A stretch of 64,000 bases of DNA from a virus. A program made the translations under genes and the position numbers. The notes beneath the pieces were generated by a model, which worked only from the letters and a program-made list of their open reading frames with translations, did not search any database and was not told where the DNA came from. Below are positions 27,135-35,455 of this stretch, in pieces. The stretch's first letter is position 1. Every line of letters begins with the position of its first letter. The DNA lies in the IMG/VR virus record IMGVR_UViG_3300046542_000291, positions 51,641 through 115,640 of that record; one strand, written 5' to 3'.

Positions 27135-27158
27135 TAAGGCCTCCCCGAAGGGAGGCTT
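27135..27158 (-). terminator. UUCG-loop hairpin CATAAGGCCTCCC-CGAA-GGGAGGCTTTATG (13-bp stem)
   Basis: Repeated hairpin family; follows the stop of the Big_2 protein gene; T-rich on the minus strand afterwards. Confidence 0.6.
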
Positions 27159-27163
27159 TATGT

Positions 27164-27703
27164 TTAAGCGGTAACGGTAACAGTCTTGTCGACGCTGTAC
27201 TTGCCAGCTTCTGCAACAGTGATAACCGAAGTACCAGCAGCAACACCGGTAACCAGACCGCTCGAAGAGACGGTGGCTTTGGCCGGGGTAGCCGAGGTGT
27301 AGGTTGGAGCAGGGGTGTACGCTTCGCCGTTCTTGGTAACGGTCAGGACGAGTTGTACAGTACCAGCAACAGCAACCGACGGAGTAGCCGGAGCCAGAGT
27401 GGCGACGTATACATCAACCTTTGGCTTCACCGAGAAGGCAACGACAACGCGTTTGGCTTCCTGGATGACTTCCACGTCTTTCCAGCCGGCTGCTTCGATG
27501 GCTTCTTTGAGGGAAGCCTGAGCAGCGGTGGTCAGCTGAACGCCATCGGCGATGACGCGCAGGTTCGGGTTGTCGATTTCGGCGTTGGTGACGTAGTCGA
27601 CGGTAGTTTGTTTGGTCAGGTGAGCATTGATTGCCGCTTCGATAGGACCAACGTCCAGGGCGACGCGGGCAGCAATGGCATCAGCTTTGTTCAGTACAGC
27701 CAT
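27164..27703 (-). CDS. Ig-like (Big_2-type) domain protein, possible virion surface/decoration protein (179 aa)
   Basis: C-terminal ATVSSSGLVTGVAAGTSVITVAEAGKYSVDKTVTVTA is a textbook bacterial Ig-like group-2 motif. Ala/Val/Thr-rich. GAGGAG RBS. Confidence 0.6.
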   Translation of the reverse strand: MAVLNKADAIAARVALDVGPIEAAINAHLTKQTTVDYVTNAEIDNPNLRVIADGVQLTTAAQASLKEAIEAAGWKDVEVIQEAKRVVVAFSVKPKVDVYVATLAPATPSVAVAGTVQLVLTVTKNGEAYTPAPTYTSATPAKATVSSSGLVTGVAAGTSVITVAEAGKYSVDKTVTVTA

Positions 27704-27894
27704 GTTGAAACTCCTCAAATGATGCATTCACAACGAATACATAAGATCAGGTAAAAGCCGCTTCAACGTGGTTAACTGACACCGCTAAGACGGGTCACAC
27801 CCATATAAAAAGTCCCGATGGCTAGCATCGAGAGTGGTCCACGGTATTCAAACGCGAGGACCGCTATCTTGTAAAACATGTTTCGTTCGATCAC

Positions 27895-28242
27895 CTACGT
27901 GTTAATGGATTCAGCGAATGCTTTACCCAGACTACATAAGGTGATATCGGTATCGCTGAAGTCAGCGTTGATCATGACTTCACCACGGAGCATTACAATC
28001 TCGCGTGCGTCTATGACATCGAATACCGTTTGAGCACCTTCCTTCAATCCATCTGCATAAGCGGCTTTGGCCTCGTCACTTCCACGATCGGTGGATTCTA
28101 CGGCCGCTTTATCAGTAAGGGAATCGACGACAGCCCCGAGCAACCGGGTTTGCTGTTCAAGGGACTCTTTCTTCTGTTCTTCTTCCAAGTCATTCAAGAT
28201 CTTGATAGCCTCTTGAAGACCGTCTGACATCATGAGTGACAT
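27895..28242 (-). CDS. paralogue family member (115 aa), C-terminus ...SLGKAFAESINT
   Basis: GAAGGA RBS; N-terminus MSLM; shares a ~40-aa core (AYADGLKEGAQTVFDVID...) and the C-terminal tail with 5-6 neighbours. Confidence 0.6.
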   Translation of the reverse strand: MSLMMSDGLQEAIKILNDLEEEQKKESLEQQTRLLGAVVDSLTDKAAVESTDRGSDEAKAAYADGLKEGAQTVFDVIDAREIVMLRGEVMINADFSDTDITLCSLGKAFAESINT

Positions 28243-28259
28243 GATAATACCGTCCTTCT

Positions 28260-28613
28260 TTACGTGTTGATTGATTCAGCGAAAGCCTTCGCCAGGCTAA
28301 TGCGGTGATGATCGTCAGTCGTGTAATCGATGTTGATCAGAGCCTCGCCCTTACCCAGAATGATGTCCTGCTCGTCAATGACTTCCAGAGTTTTGATAAC
28401 CCCTGCACGCAGACCCTCATTATAAGCTATCGCTTCGTATTGGTTAATGAAACCGCCGTTGTCGTGTTTCCCATCGACGAGTACATTTGACAGTGAACCC
28501 AGGAACGTTGTTTTCGCTGCTCCTGCTACAACCATCTGCTCACGCTCTACCCGTTCGAGGATGTCCACGGCACGTTGAAGGTCAGCTTTGTTGATTGGGC
28601 GCATTAGGCTCAT
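28260..28613 (-). CDS. paralogue family member (117 aa), C-terminus ...SLAKAFAESINT
   Basis: ORF-track 28260..28676 trimmed to the MSLM start with GGAG RBS. The frame stays open up to 28676, so the start is uncertain. Confidence 0.55.
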   Translation of the reverse strand: MSLMRPINKADLQRAVDILERVEREQMVVAGAAKTTFLGSLSNVLVDGKHDNGGFINQYEAIAYNEGLRAGVIKTLEVIDEQDIILGKGEALINIDYTTDDHHRISLAKAFAESINT

Positions 28614-28742
28614 GGTGTTCGTCTCCATAGACAGGTAGGCAATACCTACACTTCTTTTTGTCGGAGCACACCCCAATGATTTCCATCAAGGGTGCACTTC
28701 TATTGAGACGGCTGTCGAGTTTATTCGGCAACCACGCCAGAC

Positions 28743-29003
28743 TCAGCTATTGATTGCGTCAGCGAACGCTTTGCTGAGTTTGACGCTCTCGTTGATTACA
28801 CCAGCCGGGGAGACCAGTTGCAGGCCGACGGTGTCGATGACTTCCAGTACATGGTTGACACCGAACAGGCTACCAGCAACAAAAGCCGCTTTGTCGTGGT
28901 CGCCGTTGTTGTCTGCAGCCGATTCAGTTACAACGCCAACAGCGGCGATGAAAGCAGCTTGATCGACAGCCTGGTCTTCGGTAGTGGTGATTACGTCGTT
29001 CAT
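28743..29003 (-). CDS. paralogue family member (86 aa), C-terminus ...LSKAFADAINS
   Basis: AGGAG RBS; shares core and tail. Confidence 0.6.
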   Translation of the reverse strand: MNDVITTTEDQAVDQAAFIAAVGVVTESAADNNGDHDKAAFVAGSLFGVNHVLEVIDTVGLQLVSPAGVINESVKLSKAFADAINS

Positions 29004-29068
29004 GCGGTAAAACTCCTGGGTACTACTGCTAATGGCCTCTCTCGGTAAAATCCGGAGAGTGATTTGTT

Positions 29069-29554
29069 TTACGTATTGATTGCGTCAGCCCAGCATTGGC
29101 CGAGACTGATGAGCGTTTCGTCGTCGTTGTAATCCACGTTGATTGGGGTTTCCCCATCCATCGTAGTTACAATGAGTTTTCGTTTGTCGAGTGCGTTGAA
29201 CACTACACCCGCGCCTTCTTTCAGACCGGCTTTGAAGGCGACGTACGCTTCCGGGTTGCCTTGAAAGAACGTCCCGGTATTGCCTTTTTCTTGAAGATCT
29301 TCGATGACCTGCGTCATCAACCGCGTTCGTTCAACACCTGTGGTTTCGTTGTAAGCTGTTTCAAGATCACGGAGCTTCTGCTCTATGCGCTTATGCTCAT
29401 CCGATTTTTCAACAACAACCGTCATCGTTACCTCCGGCTCTGGTTGTATCACGCCTTGCATGAGTTGAATGTTAGCCCAGGTTGCCCCGAGCAGTTCTGC
29501 GATTGGAAAAGGGGCCGGGGTAGCCGGAACCAAATCCGAACAACTGTAGTTCAT
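29069..29554 (-). CDS. paralogue family member (161 aa), C-terminus ...SLGQCWADAINT
   Basis: ORF-track 29069..29572 trimmed to the ATG that overlaps the upstream stop (ATGA) and has a GGGAGGA RBS. Confidence 0.6.
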   Translation of the reverse strand: MNYSCSDLVPATPAPFPIAELLGATWANIQLMQGVIQPEPEVTMTVVVEKSDEHKRIEQKLRDLETAYNETTGVERTRLMTQVIEDLQEKGNTGTFFQGNPEAYVAFKAGLKEGAGVVFNALDKRKLIVTTMDGETPINVDYNDDETLISLGQCWADAINT

Positions 29555-30042
29555 GTATTGATGTCCTCCCACAGATTACTAATTATCCCCCAAACCGGAT
29601 TATGGTAATCATCGACCAAGTCAAGGTGACCCTGTAGGATTGTTACTGTGTCCGAGATAGATGTCTGAATACTTTCCTCGACCAGTGGCATAACCATGGC
29701 GTGGAGTTCTTTAGGCAACTGATCCTGGACAAATGTCGCTTGTGACTTGAAGAGGTCTTGTAACTCATCCCGTATAGGTCCTAAGACCGGTGACACACTT
29801 TCGTATGCATACCACGGGGCACTGCCGTCGGACGGGGGAGGTTCTACGCCTAGTTTTTCATAGGCCACCCGAATTGCCGGGTCAAGCCACTCATCTGGTT
29901 CGAGGTCCTCATCGGGCTCTACCATTACGTGCTCATCCCACGGCAAATCTTCATCACCAACGTCGTCTTCAAAGTCCCGACGAAAGTCCTCCTCGTCATC
30001 CATGGCATTGCCAAGCATGATCCCATCCAACGACATGTTCAT
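29551..30042 (-). CDS. acidic paralogue family member (163 aa), C-terminus ...IISNLWEDINT
   Basis: Asp/Glu-rich; ATGA overlap with both neighbours; divergent but recognisable tail. Confidence 0.55.
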   Translation of the reverse strand: MNMSLDGIMLGNAMDDEEDFRRDFEDDVGDEDLPWDEHVMVEPDEDLEPDEWLDPAIRVAYEKLGVEPPPSDGSAPWYAYESVSPVLGPIRDELQDLFKSQATFVQDQLPKELHAMVMPLVEESIQTSISDTVTILQGHLDLVDDYHNPVWGIISNLWEDINT

Positions 30043-30344
30043 GAATTAATCGCCTCTACAAACGCGTCTGCGATGTCTTCGAGGAATGGGAAGCAACCCA
30101 TATCCCCAGGCGATATAAACGCCAGCTGACAGCTGGCCTCTATCGTACTGCAGGTTCCGATTACAGCAGAGTGGATGGCGTCTTGTGCACACTCCTTCAC
30201 CCATTTGGTAGCATCATCGTTGATGTCCCAAAGAGCGCAGATGCGGTCATTGTTGATGAACTGTTCCACCGCAGCAGATGCTACGCCTTGCAGTTCACTA
30301 ACCAAGTCTTTCTTGCCTTGGGCGAGAATTTCATTTTCCATCAT
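30039..30344 (-). CDS. paralogue family member (101 aa), C-terminus ...IADAFVEAINS
   Basis: GAGGTG RBS; shares tail. Confidence 0.6.
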   Translation of the reverse strand: MMENEILAQGKKDLVSELQGVASAAVEQFINNDRICALWDINDDATKWVKECAQDAIHSAVIGTCSTIEASCQLAFISPGDMGCFPFLEDIADAFVEAINS

Positions 30345-30378
30345 TCACCTCTAGAGTATCACTCTGATAGGTATTTGT

Positions 30379-30651
30379 TTACAGGGTCAATAGTGGCCCC
30401 TTACCGTTGTGGATAGTAATCCCACCTTCACTGAGTTCTACCCGGTTACGTTCCAACCAATCCAGGGCATGTTGCACGCCCTGCTTGATCCCTTCGGCAA
30501 CATCACCATTGGGATCGGGTACTTTGGGCTGTGGTAAAGCCCGCAGTTCGTTTAGCAACGCTGAACGGCGATTAGATGTTGGTGTCTTTACAGTCACCAA
30601 TCCATGCGCTTCCAGCGTTGCCAGAAATGGATCATCTTCAACATCCTTCAC
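30379..30651 (-). CDS. hypothetical protein (90 aa)
   Basis: ORF-track ORF. Confidence 0.5.
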   Translation of the reverse strand: MKDVEDDPFLATLEAHGLVTVKTPTSNRRSALLNELRALPQPKVPDPNGDVAEGIKQGVQHALDWLERNRVELSEGGITIHNGKGPLLTL

Positions 30652-30985
30652 GGAGCGCTACTCCCGTCACGACTTGAATGAACATCTCCTTGCGTTCCCG
30701 TTCGTCCGTTAAAGGACCAACGTAAAACACCAAGTGAGGTTGTCCGGTAAAGTCAGGCTGCATGTATTCAGTGTACGCAATCCCTGCAGCCACTAAGTGA
30801 TGCCGACGACGATTGGCTGTGCGGTTAGGGCACATGTCTTCATCGGCCAGCATATAGAAGCTGTGCTCTCCATAAGAGAACTTCCCTTCCCCCTCACAGG
30901 GTTCGGTTGGAGGCAATCGCCACCAATCCTGTTTAACAGAGCCGTCGTTAACGACCCCCATGTATCCGACTGAGTTCAATGGCAT
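30638..30985 (-). CDS. hypothetical protein (115 aa)
   Basis: ORF-track ORF. Confidence 0.5.
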   Translation of the reverse strand: MPLNSVGYMGVVNDGSVKQDWWRLPPTEPCEGEGKFSYGEHSFYMLADEDMCPNRTANRRRHHLVAAGIAYTEYMQPDFTGQPHLVFYVGPLTDERERKEMFIQVVTGVALREGC

Positions 30986-31505
30986 TGGCCCGTGTTTCCT
31001 TTTTCAGCATGTGGTTACTTGAAACCCGCAGATGGTAATGCAACCCACCGTTAACCCAGGAAGAGATCTTGTCGTCAAACCCAAACGAGTTCAGGACTTG
31101 CTCCGCCAATTCGGCATCCACGTAGAACCACACCTGGGCTATCCCTTGTGGAGTCGACCAGATAATCGAGTTCTCACCGTCGATGACTGTATAACCCGCC
31201 ACGTGATTACCAGCTACGTAATCTTGACACCACTGGGCAATCAACATTGGTAACTTCGATGGTGGGTGGTTTGGATGACGGGGAATGTCACAGGCAGGAC
31301 CCATGTACGTGTAGTACGTACCATCCGTCAATTGACCATTGGCTTGGTCAAAAATACCACGACCTTTCAGTTCACGGATCTTACGGAGACCATCCTCTTT
31401 AGTTCGGTAGAGGTATACCGTTCCAGTCATCGGTGACGAGTCGGTAACAGTGACTTGGGTCAACTGCTCTACTTCGTTCCGAATAGCGATCGCCTGTAGG
31501 ATCAC
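30948..31505 (-). CDS. hypothetical protein (185 aa)
   Basis: ORF-track ORF. Confidence 0.55.
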   Translation of the reverse strand: MILQAIAIRNEVEQLTQVTVTDSSPMTGTVYLYRTKEDGLRKIRELKGRGIFDQANGQLTDGTYYTYMGPACDIPRHPNHPPSKLPMLIAQWCQDYVAGNHVAGYTVIDGENSIIWSTPQGIAQVWFYVDAELAEQVLNSFGFDDKISSWVNGGLHYHLRVSSNHMLKKETRANAIELSRIHGGR

Positions 31506-31536
31506 AGTAGCTTCCTTTTATAGTAGACGGCATAGA

Positions 31537-31556
31537 GCTACTCCCGAAGGAGCAGC
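31537..31556 (-). terminator. UUCG-loop hairpin (GCTACTCC-CGAA-GGAGCAGC, one mismatch)
   Basis: Hairpin family; directly after the SPFH gene. Confidence 0.45.
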
Positions 31557-31568
31557 ACTACACGTGGA

Positions 31569-32429
31569 TCAGTTGCCGCCGTTGAAGACTTTGTTGCTCA
31601 TGCCGGGGGTACCGAACGCTTGGTACGGTGCGAACACCACGTTCTTGTTCTCCGCCATCAGAGCTTGAACTTTCAGCGCTTCGTACGCCAGCAGATTCGG
31701 GCTGATACCCGCCGCCGTGATTTCGTTTTGATCGCGCAGAGTGCGAGCAACAGTCAGATCGATTTCACGTTGTGCTTGAGCCAGCTTCAGCGAGTTTTCA
31801 CGCTTGACCATTTCAATGGCCTGCTGGTTTTCTTCGGTCTTGATCGCCAGTTCACGTTCGGACTGTTTCTCGATCGCCTGCGTGATCACGTCCGGATACT
31901 TCAGATTGGCCAGGGTAACGTTGGAGACTTCCAGAGGAGAGTTCGCCATCGCTTCTTTCAGCTTGATCTGAAGATCTTTGTTGATCTGATCGAAGTTGGT
32001 ACCGACGTCTTCGGTGCGATATTTTCCAACGACAGAGCGAGCCACGGTTTGAACCATGTCACGGCCGTAGACACCGTACACCTGTTGCAGCGATACCAGG
32101 TTGTCTTGCACCTTGATGTCGTTGAACATGGAGTTGATGGTCTTGTCACCACCGCCGATACGAGTACGGAAACGGATCTCGAACTGGAGATCCATCCGAT
32201 CGAGCATCTTCACCCGCATCGTTTCCGAAACGGTTTGCGTCGACGTATCGAGCAGAACCAGTTCTTCACGCATGCCGATGGTGTACTTGCCGGTTTGCTT
32301 CACTTCGGTCGAGTAGCCATCAGGCGACAGGATTTTGCCGAGGTGTGCAGGGGGAACGGTCACGCGGTTGCAACCAGCGACTGCCAGCAGGCACAGCGAA
32401 ACGATCAGCGCTTTGATTCCGTACTTCAT
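31569..32429 (-). CDS. SPFH/band-7 (prohibitin/HflK-like) domain lipoprotein (286 aa)
   Basis: Signal peptide with lipobox LAVAG-C. Characteristic SPFH region (...VTLANLKYPDVITQAIEKQSERELAIKTEENQQAIEMVKRENSLKLAQAQ...) with coiled-coil tail. Confidence 0.75.
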   Translation of the reverse strand: MKYGIKALIVSLCLLAVAGCNRVTVPPAHLGKILSPDGYSTEVKQTGKYTIGMREELVLLDTSTQTVSETMRVKMLDRMDLQFEIRFRTRIGGGDKTINSMFNDIKVQDNLVSLQQVYGVYGRDMVQTVARSVVGKYRTEDVGTNFDQINKDLQIKLKEAMANSPLEVSNVTLANLKYPDVITQAIEKQSERELAIKTEENQQAIEMVKRENSLKLAQAQREIDLTVARTLRDQNEITAAGISPNLLAYEALKVQALMAENKNVVFAPYQAFGTPGMSNKVFNGGN

Positions 32430-32770
32430 TTAGCATTTTCCTTAACAGCGTTTTCGAGGGTTTTCTTGAAGCTTTCTTCCGCAGAAGCTTTGTTGGTACC
32501 GGTGGTAGCAGACGCCTTTGGTTCAGGCACTGTGTAATCCGGAGCATCAAAGCTTGCCCGAGGCAGAGAACTTTGCTTGTGACCGATGTTGACGTTCCAG
32601 GCAACCAGTACGGCCAGCGCAATCACCGAAATCCATACCCGCTGAGGCTTACCCAGCTGGACGATTTTGTTCTTGGTGAAGATGAGCCAACCACTGACCG
32701 CCAGGGTAAGTACCAGGTCAATAACGAACTTAACCGGGCTACCGGAGAAGTACATTGCGAAGAGATCCAT
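32426..32770 (-). CDS. small two-TM membrane protein (114 aa), possible NfeD-like partner of the SPFH protein
   Basis: Two hydrophobic helices then a soluble Lys/Ala-rich tail; 4-nt overlap with the SPFH gene start. The partner role is inferred from the usual SPFH-NfeD operon architecture. Confidence 0.5.
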   Translation of the reverse strand: MDLFAMYFSGSPVKFVIDLVLTLAVSGWLIFTKNKIVQLGKPQRVWISVIALAVLVAWNVNIGHKQSSLPRASFDAPDYTVPEPKASATTGTNKASAEESFKKTLENAVKENAK

Positions 32771-32833
32771 GGGATTCCTTAGAGTGTGATGTCAGAGGGC
32801 TAGTAACACAGTATGACTAAGCCCAGTATTTTG

Positions 32834-33055
32834 TTACCGTAAAGCTTTTGCCGTAATGAACCTTACATTTTTGGTCCTGGCCATGAAACCTTTTACCCGG
32901 TCAGCCATAGCCCGTATTTCTTCCTTGGAGGGCTCACATGCTCTCTTTGGCAGAAAGGCGCTGTCAGGGTAGTCCACAATCACAAAACCGTTCACAATGC
33001 TTACAGGGCAGTTACCGAGCAACATAGGCCACCTATGAGTTAATGGAAGCAGCAA
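32834..33055 (-). CDS. hypothetical protein (73 aa)
   Basis: ORF-track ORF. Confidence 0.4.
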   Translation of the reverse strand: MLLPLTHRWPMLLGNCPVSIVNGFVIVDYPDSAFLPKRACEPSKEEIRAMADRVKGFMARTKNVRFITAKALR

Positions 33056-33302
33056 ACGCTTCCGAGATCAGGCCGCCATCACGAATGATGCCTTCGTTAG
33101 CCAGGGTATCCACGGCAGTCCACATGGCCAGACCGATGACGTTGGTCACGATGTTCTCCACCCGCTTTTGTACTTCTGGATCATCGAAGCGGAAATGGCA
33201 CCGGCTGTCTGTGGCGTAGTTCTTAACCAGGTGATCTTTTGCCTTGGTCAATTGCTCAACCATTTTAGCACTGTCGTCAACTGGTTCATCGTTGTCGTGC
33301 AT
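33033..33302 (-). CDS. paralogue family member (89 aa), C-terminus ...ISEAFAASINS
   Basis: ORF-track 33033..33434 trimmed to ATG with AGGGGAA RBS located just after the stop of the upstream gene. Confidence 0.55.
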   Translation of the reverse strand: MHDNDEPVDDSAKMVEQLTKAKDHLVKNYATDSRCHFRFDDPEVQKRVENIVTNVIGLAMWTAVDTLANEGIIRDGGLISEAFAASINS

Positions 33303-33312
33303 GTCGTTCCCC

Positions 33313-33672
33313 TTAGGAATTAACCATTCGGAAGTGTTCGCACAGATTGCCCGCGATACTGGCGTTCTCTTCAACGAACGGGAGCCAGTTACCACCAGCT
33401 TCGATCGCTTCCTGTTTTTCAGTTTCGCCCACATCGGGCATCATGTTGAAGCCTGGGCAATTGGGATGATCGCCATCCAGGATCATGAAGATCCGGTCGC
33501 ACATGCCCGTAGCTACCGCCAGTGCCAGCTCCGCCGAATCATCGATGGCCTGAATGGCCGGAGAAGCCAACAGGTCGTCGCGTTCTGCTTTCACCGTATC
33601 AATGAACAGTTCGGTGACTTCACTGAAAGCAGCTTCACGGGATTGACCATTACCTTCGAAGTACACAGTCAT
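33313..33672 (-). CDS. hypothetical protein (119 aa); C-terminus ...CEHFRMVNS, possibly a distant family member
   Basis: Trimmed to the ATG that overlaps the upstream stop (ATGA). Confidence 0.5.
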   Translation of the reverse strand: MTVYFEGNGQSREAAFSEVTELFIDTVKAERDDLLASPAIQAIDDSAELALAVATGMCDRIFMILDGDHPNCPGFNMMPDVGETEKQEAIEAGGNWLPFVEENASIAGNLCEHFRMVNS

Positions 33673-34007
33673 GGTTTTGCTCCTTCGGTCCACTGTTTGA
33701 AGTAGTCCGAGTTATTGCCTTGGACATCCCGGAGTTTACCGAGAAGGCGTAAATCGCTAATGCCACCCAGCGAGTTACGGCAGGAAGCATGGTGCTGTTC
33801 TTGTAACACCGCTTTCCGCTCCAAGGTAACGTAGGTAATGGTTACCTTACCGTTGGTGCCAGTGCGGTTAAGCCCATAAGCCACGTAACCTTCTGCTTCA
33901 AGCGCTTTGTTAATAAGTGCATTGAACTCGGTGGTTGCATCGGACATGGTTACATGGTAGTAACCATCCTCCACCGGGAATTCTTTGTACGAGTCGATGT
34001 TAAGCAT
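33669..34007 (-). CDS. hypothetical protein (112 aa)
   Basis: ORF-track ORF. Confidence 0.5.
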   Translation of the reverse strand: MLNIDSYKEFPVEDGYYHVTMSDATTEFNALINKALEAEGYVAYGLNRTGTNGKVTITYVTLERKAVLQEQHHASCRNSLGGISDLRLLGKLRDVQGNNSDYFKQWTEGAKP

Positions 34008-34009
34008 CG

Positions 34010-34333
34010 TTATTGCCCCTGTTCTTCTTGCTCTTCCACAAAGCGCTGGTCATCCAGAGCAATAGTCAACGTGTGGCGGCCACTGTCTTCATCACGCGTC
34101 CAGACGTAGTTCCAACCGGCACTCTCCAACAGCAGATTAACCCGATCACGCAGTTTCTGACGCATTGGAAAGGTCAGATCGAAACGCCAGGTGGGTTCAA
34201 CGCGGGCATCGACCCTGTCGTCAGCTACCGTCTCTTTGCAGATACGTGCGATTAACGCTTGATACTTCAGTTCATCCACGTGTTTTTGGATGTACTCTTT
34301 GGTGGGAATCGGGAATGCTACAGCATCGGACAT
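34010..34333 (-). CDS. hypothetical protein (107 aa)
   Basis: ORF-track ORF. Confidence 0.5.
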   Translation of the reverse strand: MSDAVAFPIPTKEYIQKHVDELKYQALIARICKETVADDRVDARVEPTWRFDLTFPMRQKLRDRVNLLLESAGWNYVWTRDEDSGRHTLTIALDDQRFVEEQEEQGQ

Positions 34334-34345
34334 TACATACTCCTG

Positions 34346-34864
34346 TTATGACTGTTGAGGGCCAGGTTTAATAGTTTTGAGTTTCTTGATGAGGTCCTGT
34401 TCAATGCCTTCTTCGGCATCGTCCATTAACTCGTCAAGCGTATAAGCGAACATTGACTTGTCGTAGGTGCCTTCCGGCACACGGACGGTATTGGGTACGA
34501 ACAACATCACATCAAACAAATCGTGCTCATCTCGGAACTCGCCTAGATTATGAGCGGTCAGAGTAGAAGAGTGCATCTCACCGTATTTCAGTTCAAAGGT
34601 CGGGCCATCCTTATTGAAGTCTAAGCTCCAATCCTGAAAGGCGAAACCGTAACGATCTGGATCAGCGCGTGCTGTCGTAACGTCAGCATCAGATACGTTC
34701 TTGTAGCTGGCGTATCGATCGAAGAATTCTTTACTGAATGCTGAGACGTAGGCTAATTTTCCATCACCTCCGAAAACATACATCTCTGGGTACACACGTA
34801 ACTCAAGCGGACCGTCGTTGGTTGCCCATACTCCTTTTATGACGACAAGCTTTTGGTAGCTCAT
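34346..34864 (-). CDS. hypothetical protein (172 aa), first gene after a promoter motif
   Basis: ORF-track ORF; AGGAAG RBS; 28 nt downstream of CTATATTAC. Confidence 0.55.
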   Translation of the reverse strand: MSYQKLVVIKGVWATNDGPLELRVYPEMYVFGGDGKLAYVSAFSKEFFDRYASYKNVSDADVTTARADPDRYGFAFQDWSLDFNKDGPTFELKYGEMHSSTLTAHNLGEFRDEHDLFDVMLFVPNTVRVPEGTYDKSMFAYTLDELMDDAEEGIEQDLIKKLKTIKPGPQQS

Positions 34865-34891
34865 AGGAAGTTCCTTTTTGGTTGCCTGGTA

Positions 34892-34900
34892 GTAATATAG
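34892..34900 (-). promoter_or_regulatory. conserved promoter-like motif CTATATTAC
   Basis: Flank CATTTTATTTCAGATCTATATTACTAC is shared with the copy at 52949. Confidence 0.5.
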
Positions 34901-34935
34901 ATCTGAAATAAAATGGAGTAAAAAAGAAAAAAGTA

Positions 34936-34957
34936 AAGGCCTCCCCGAAGGGAGGCT
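34936..34957 (-). terminator. UUCG-loop hairpin GGCCTCCC-CGAA-GGGAGGC(TTTATG)
   Basis: Hairpin family; directly after the stop of 34966..35418. Confidence 0.55.
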
Positions 34958-34965
34958 TTATGTGG

Positions 34966-35418
34966 TTATGGGGCTTTAGCAAAGTTACGTTTCATTGCCT
35001 TAGCGGGTTTACCCACCATACCGGCACAGCCAATCTTAGTTGCCCTGTTAACAGCATCGGGGTAAGACACGCCAGCCTGAACTTGTTTAGCGATGACTGG
35101 GTTACCGAGCATGGAAACAATGTTGGCATCAAAACGCATTGCCATGTTAGTAGCTGCCCATCGGTCATCGTTGGCCGCTTCCGCCGCGGTGAGGTCAACC
35201 AACGCGGTAGTTCTTTCGTCAGCGTTTTTACCGTCCATGTACCATCGAGTGATTAATGTAGTCAACTCGGTGTAACGCTTGCAGGTTAGTGGGGTGATAG
35301 TGAGGTCGACGTCAACTTCAGTATCGAGACTTTGTACGACCCGTGGAGTGTCGTTAGCCGAAGCCAGACCCGTGAGGAACAACAGTCCTACGATCATGAG
35401 TGTAATTACGTTTTTCAT
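34966..35418 (-). CDS. secreted/periplasmic protein (150 aa)
   Basis: N-terminal signal peptide (MKNVITLMIVGLLFLTGLASA); paralogous to 35456..35890. Confidence 0.55.
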   Translation of the reverse strand: MKNVITLMIVGLLFLTGLASANDTPRVVQSLDTEVDVDLTITPLTCKRYTELTTLITRWYMDGKNADERTTALVDLTAAEAANDDRWAATNMAMRFDANIVSMLGNPVIAKQVQAGVSYPDAVNRATKIGCAGMVGKPAKAMKRNFAKAP

Positions 35419-35455
35419 GTCTTGCCTTTTGGTTTGTATTGAAAGGGGCGTAGTT

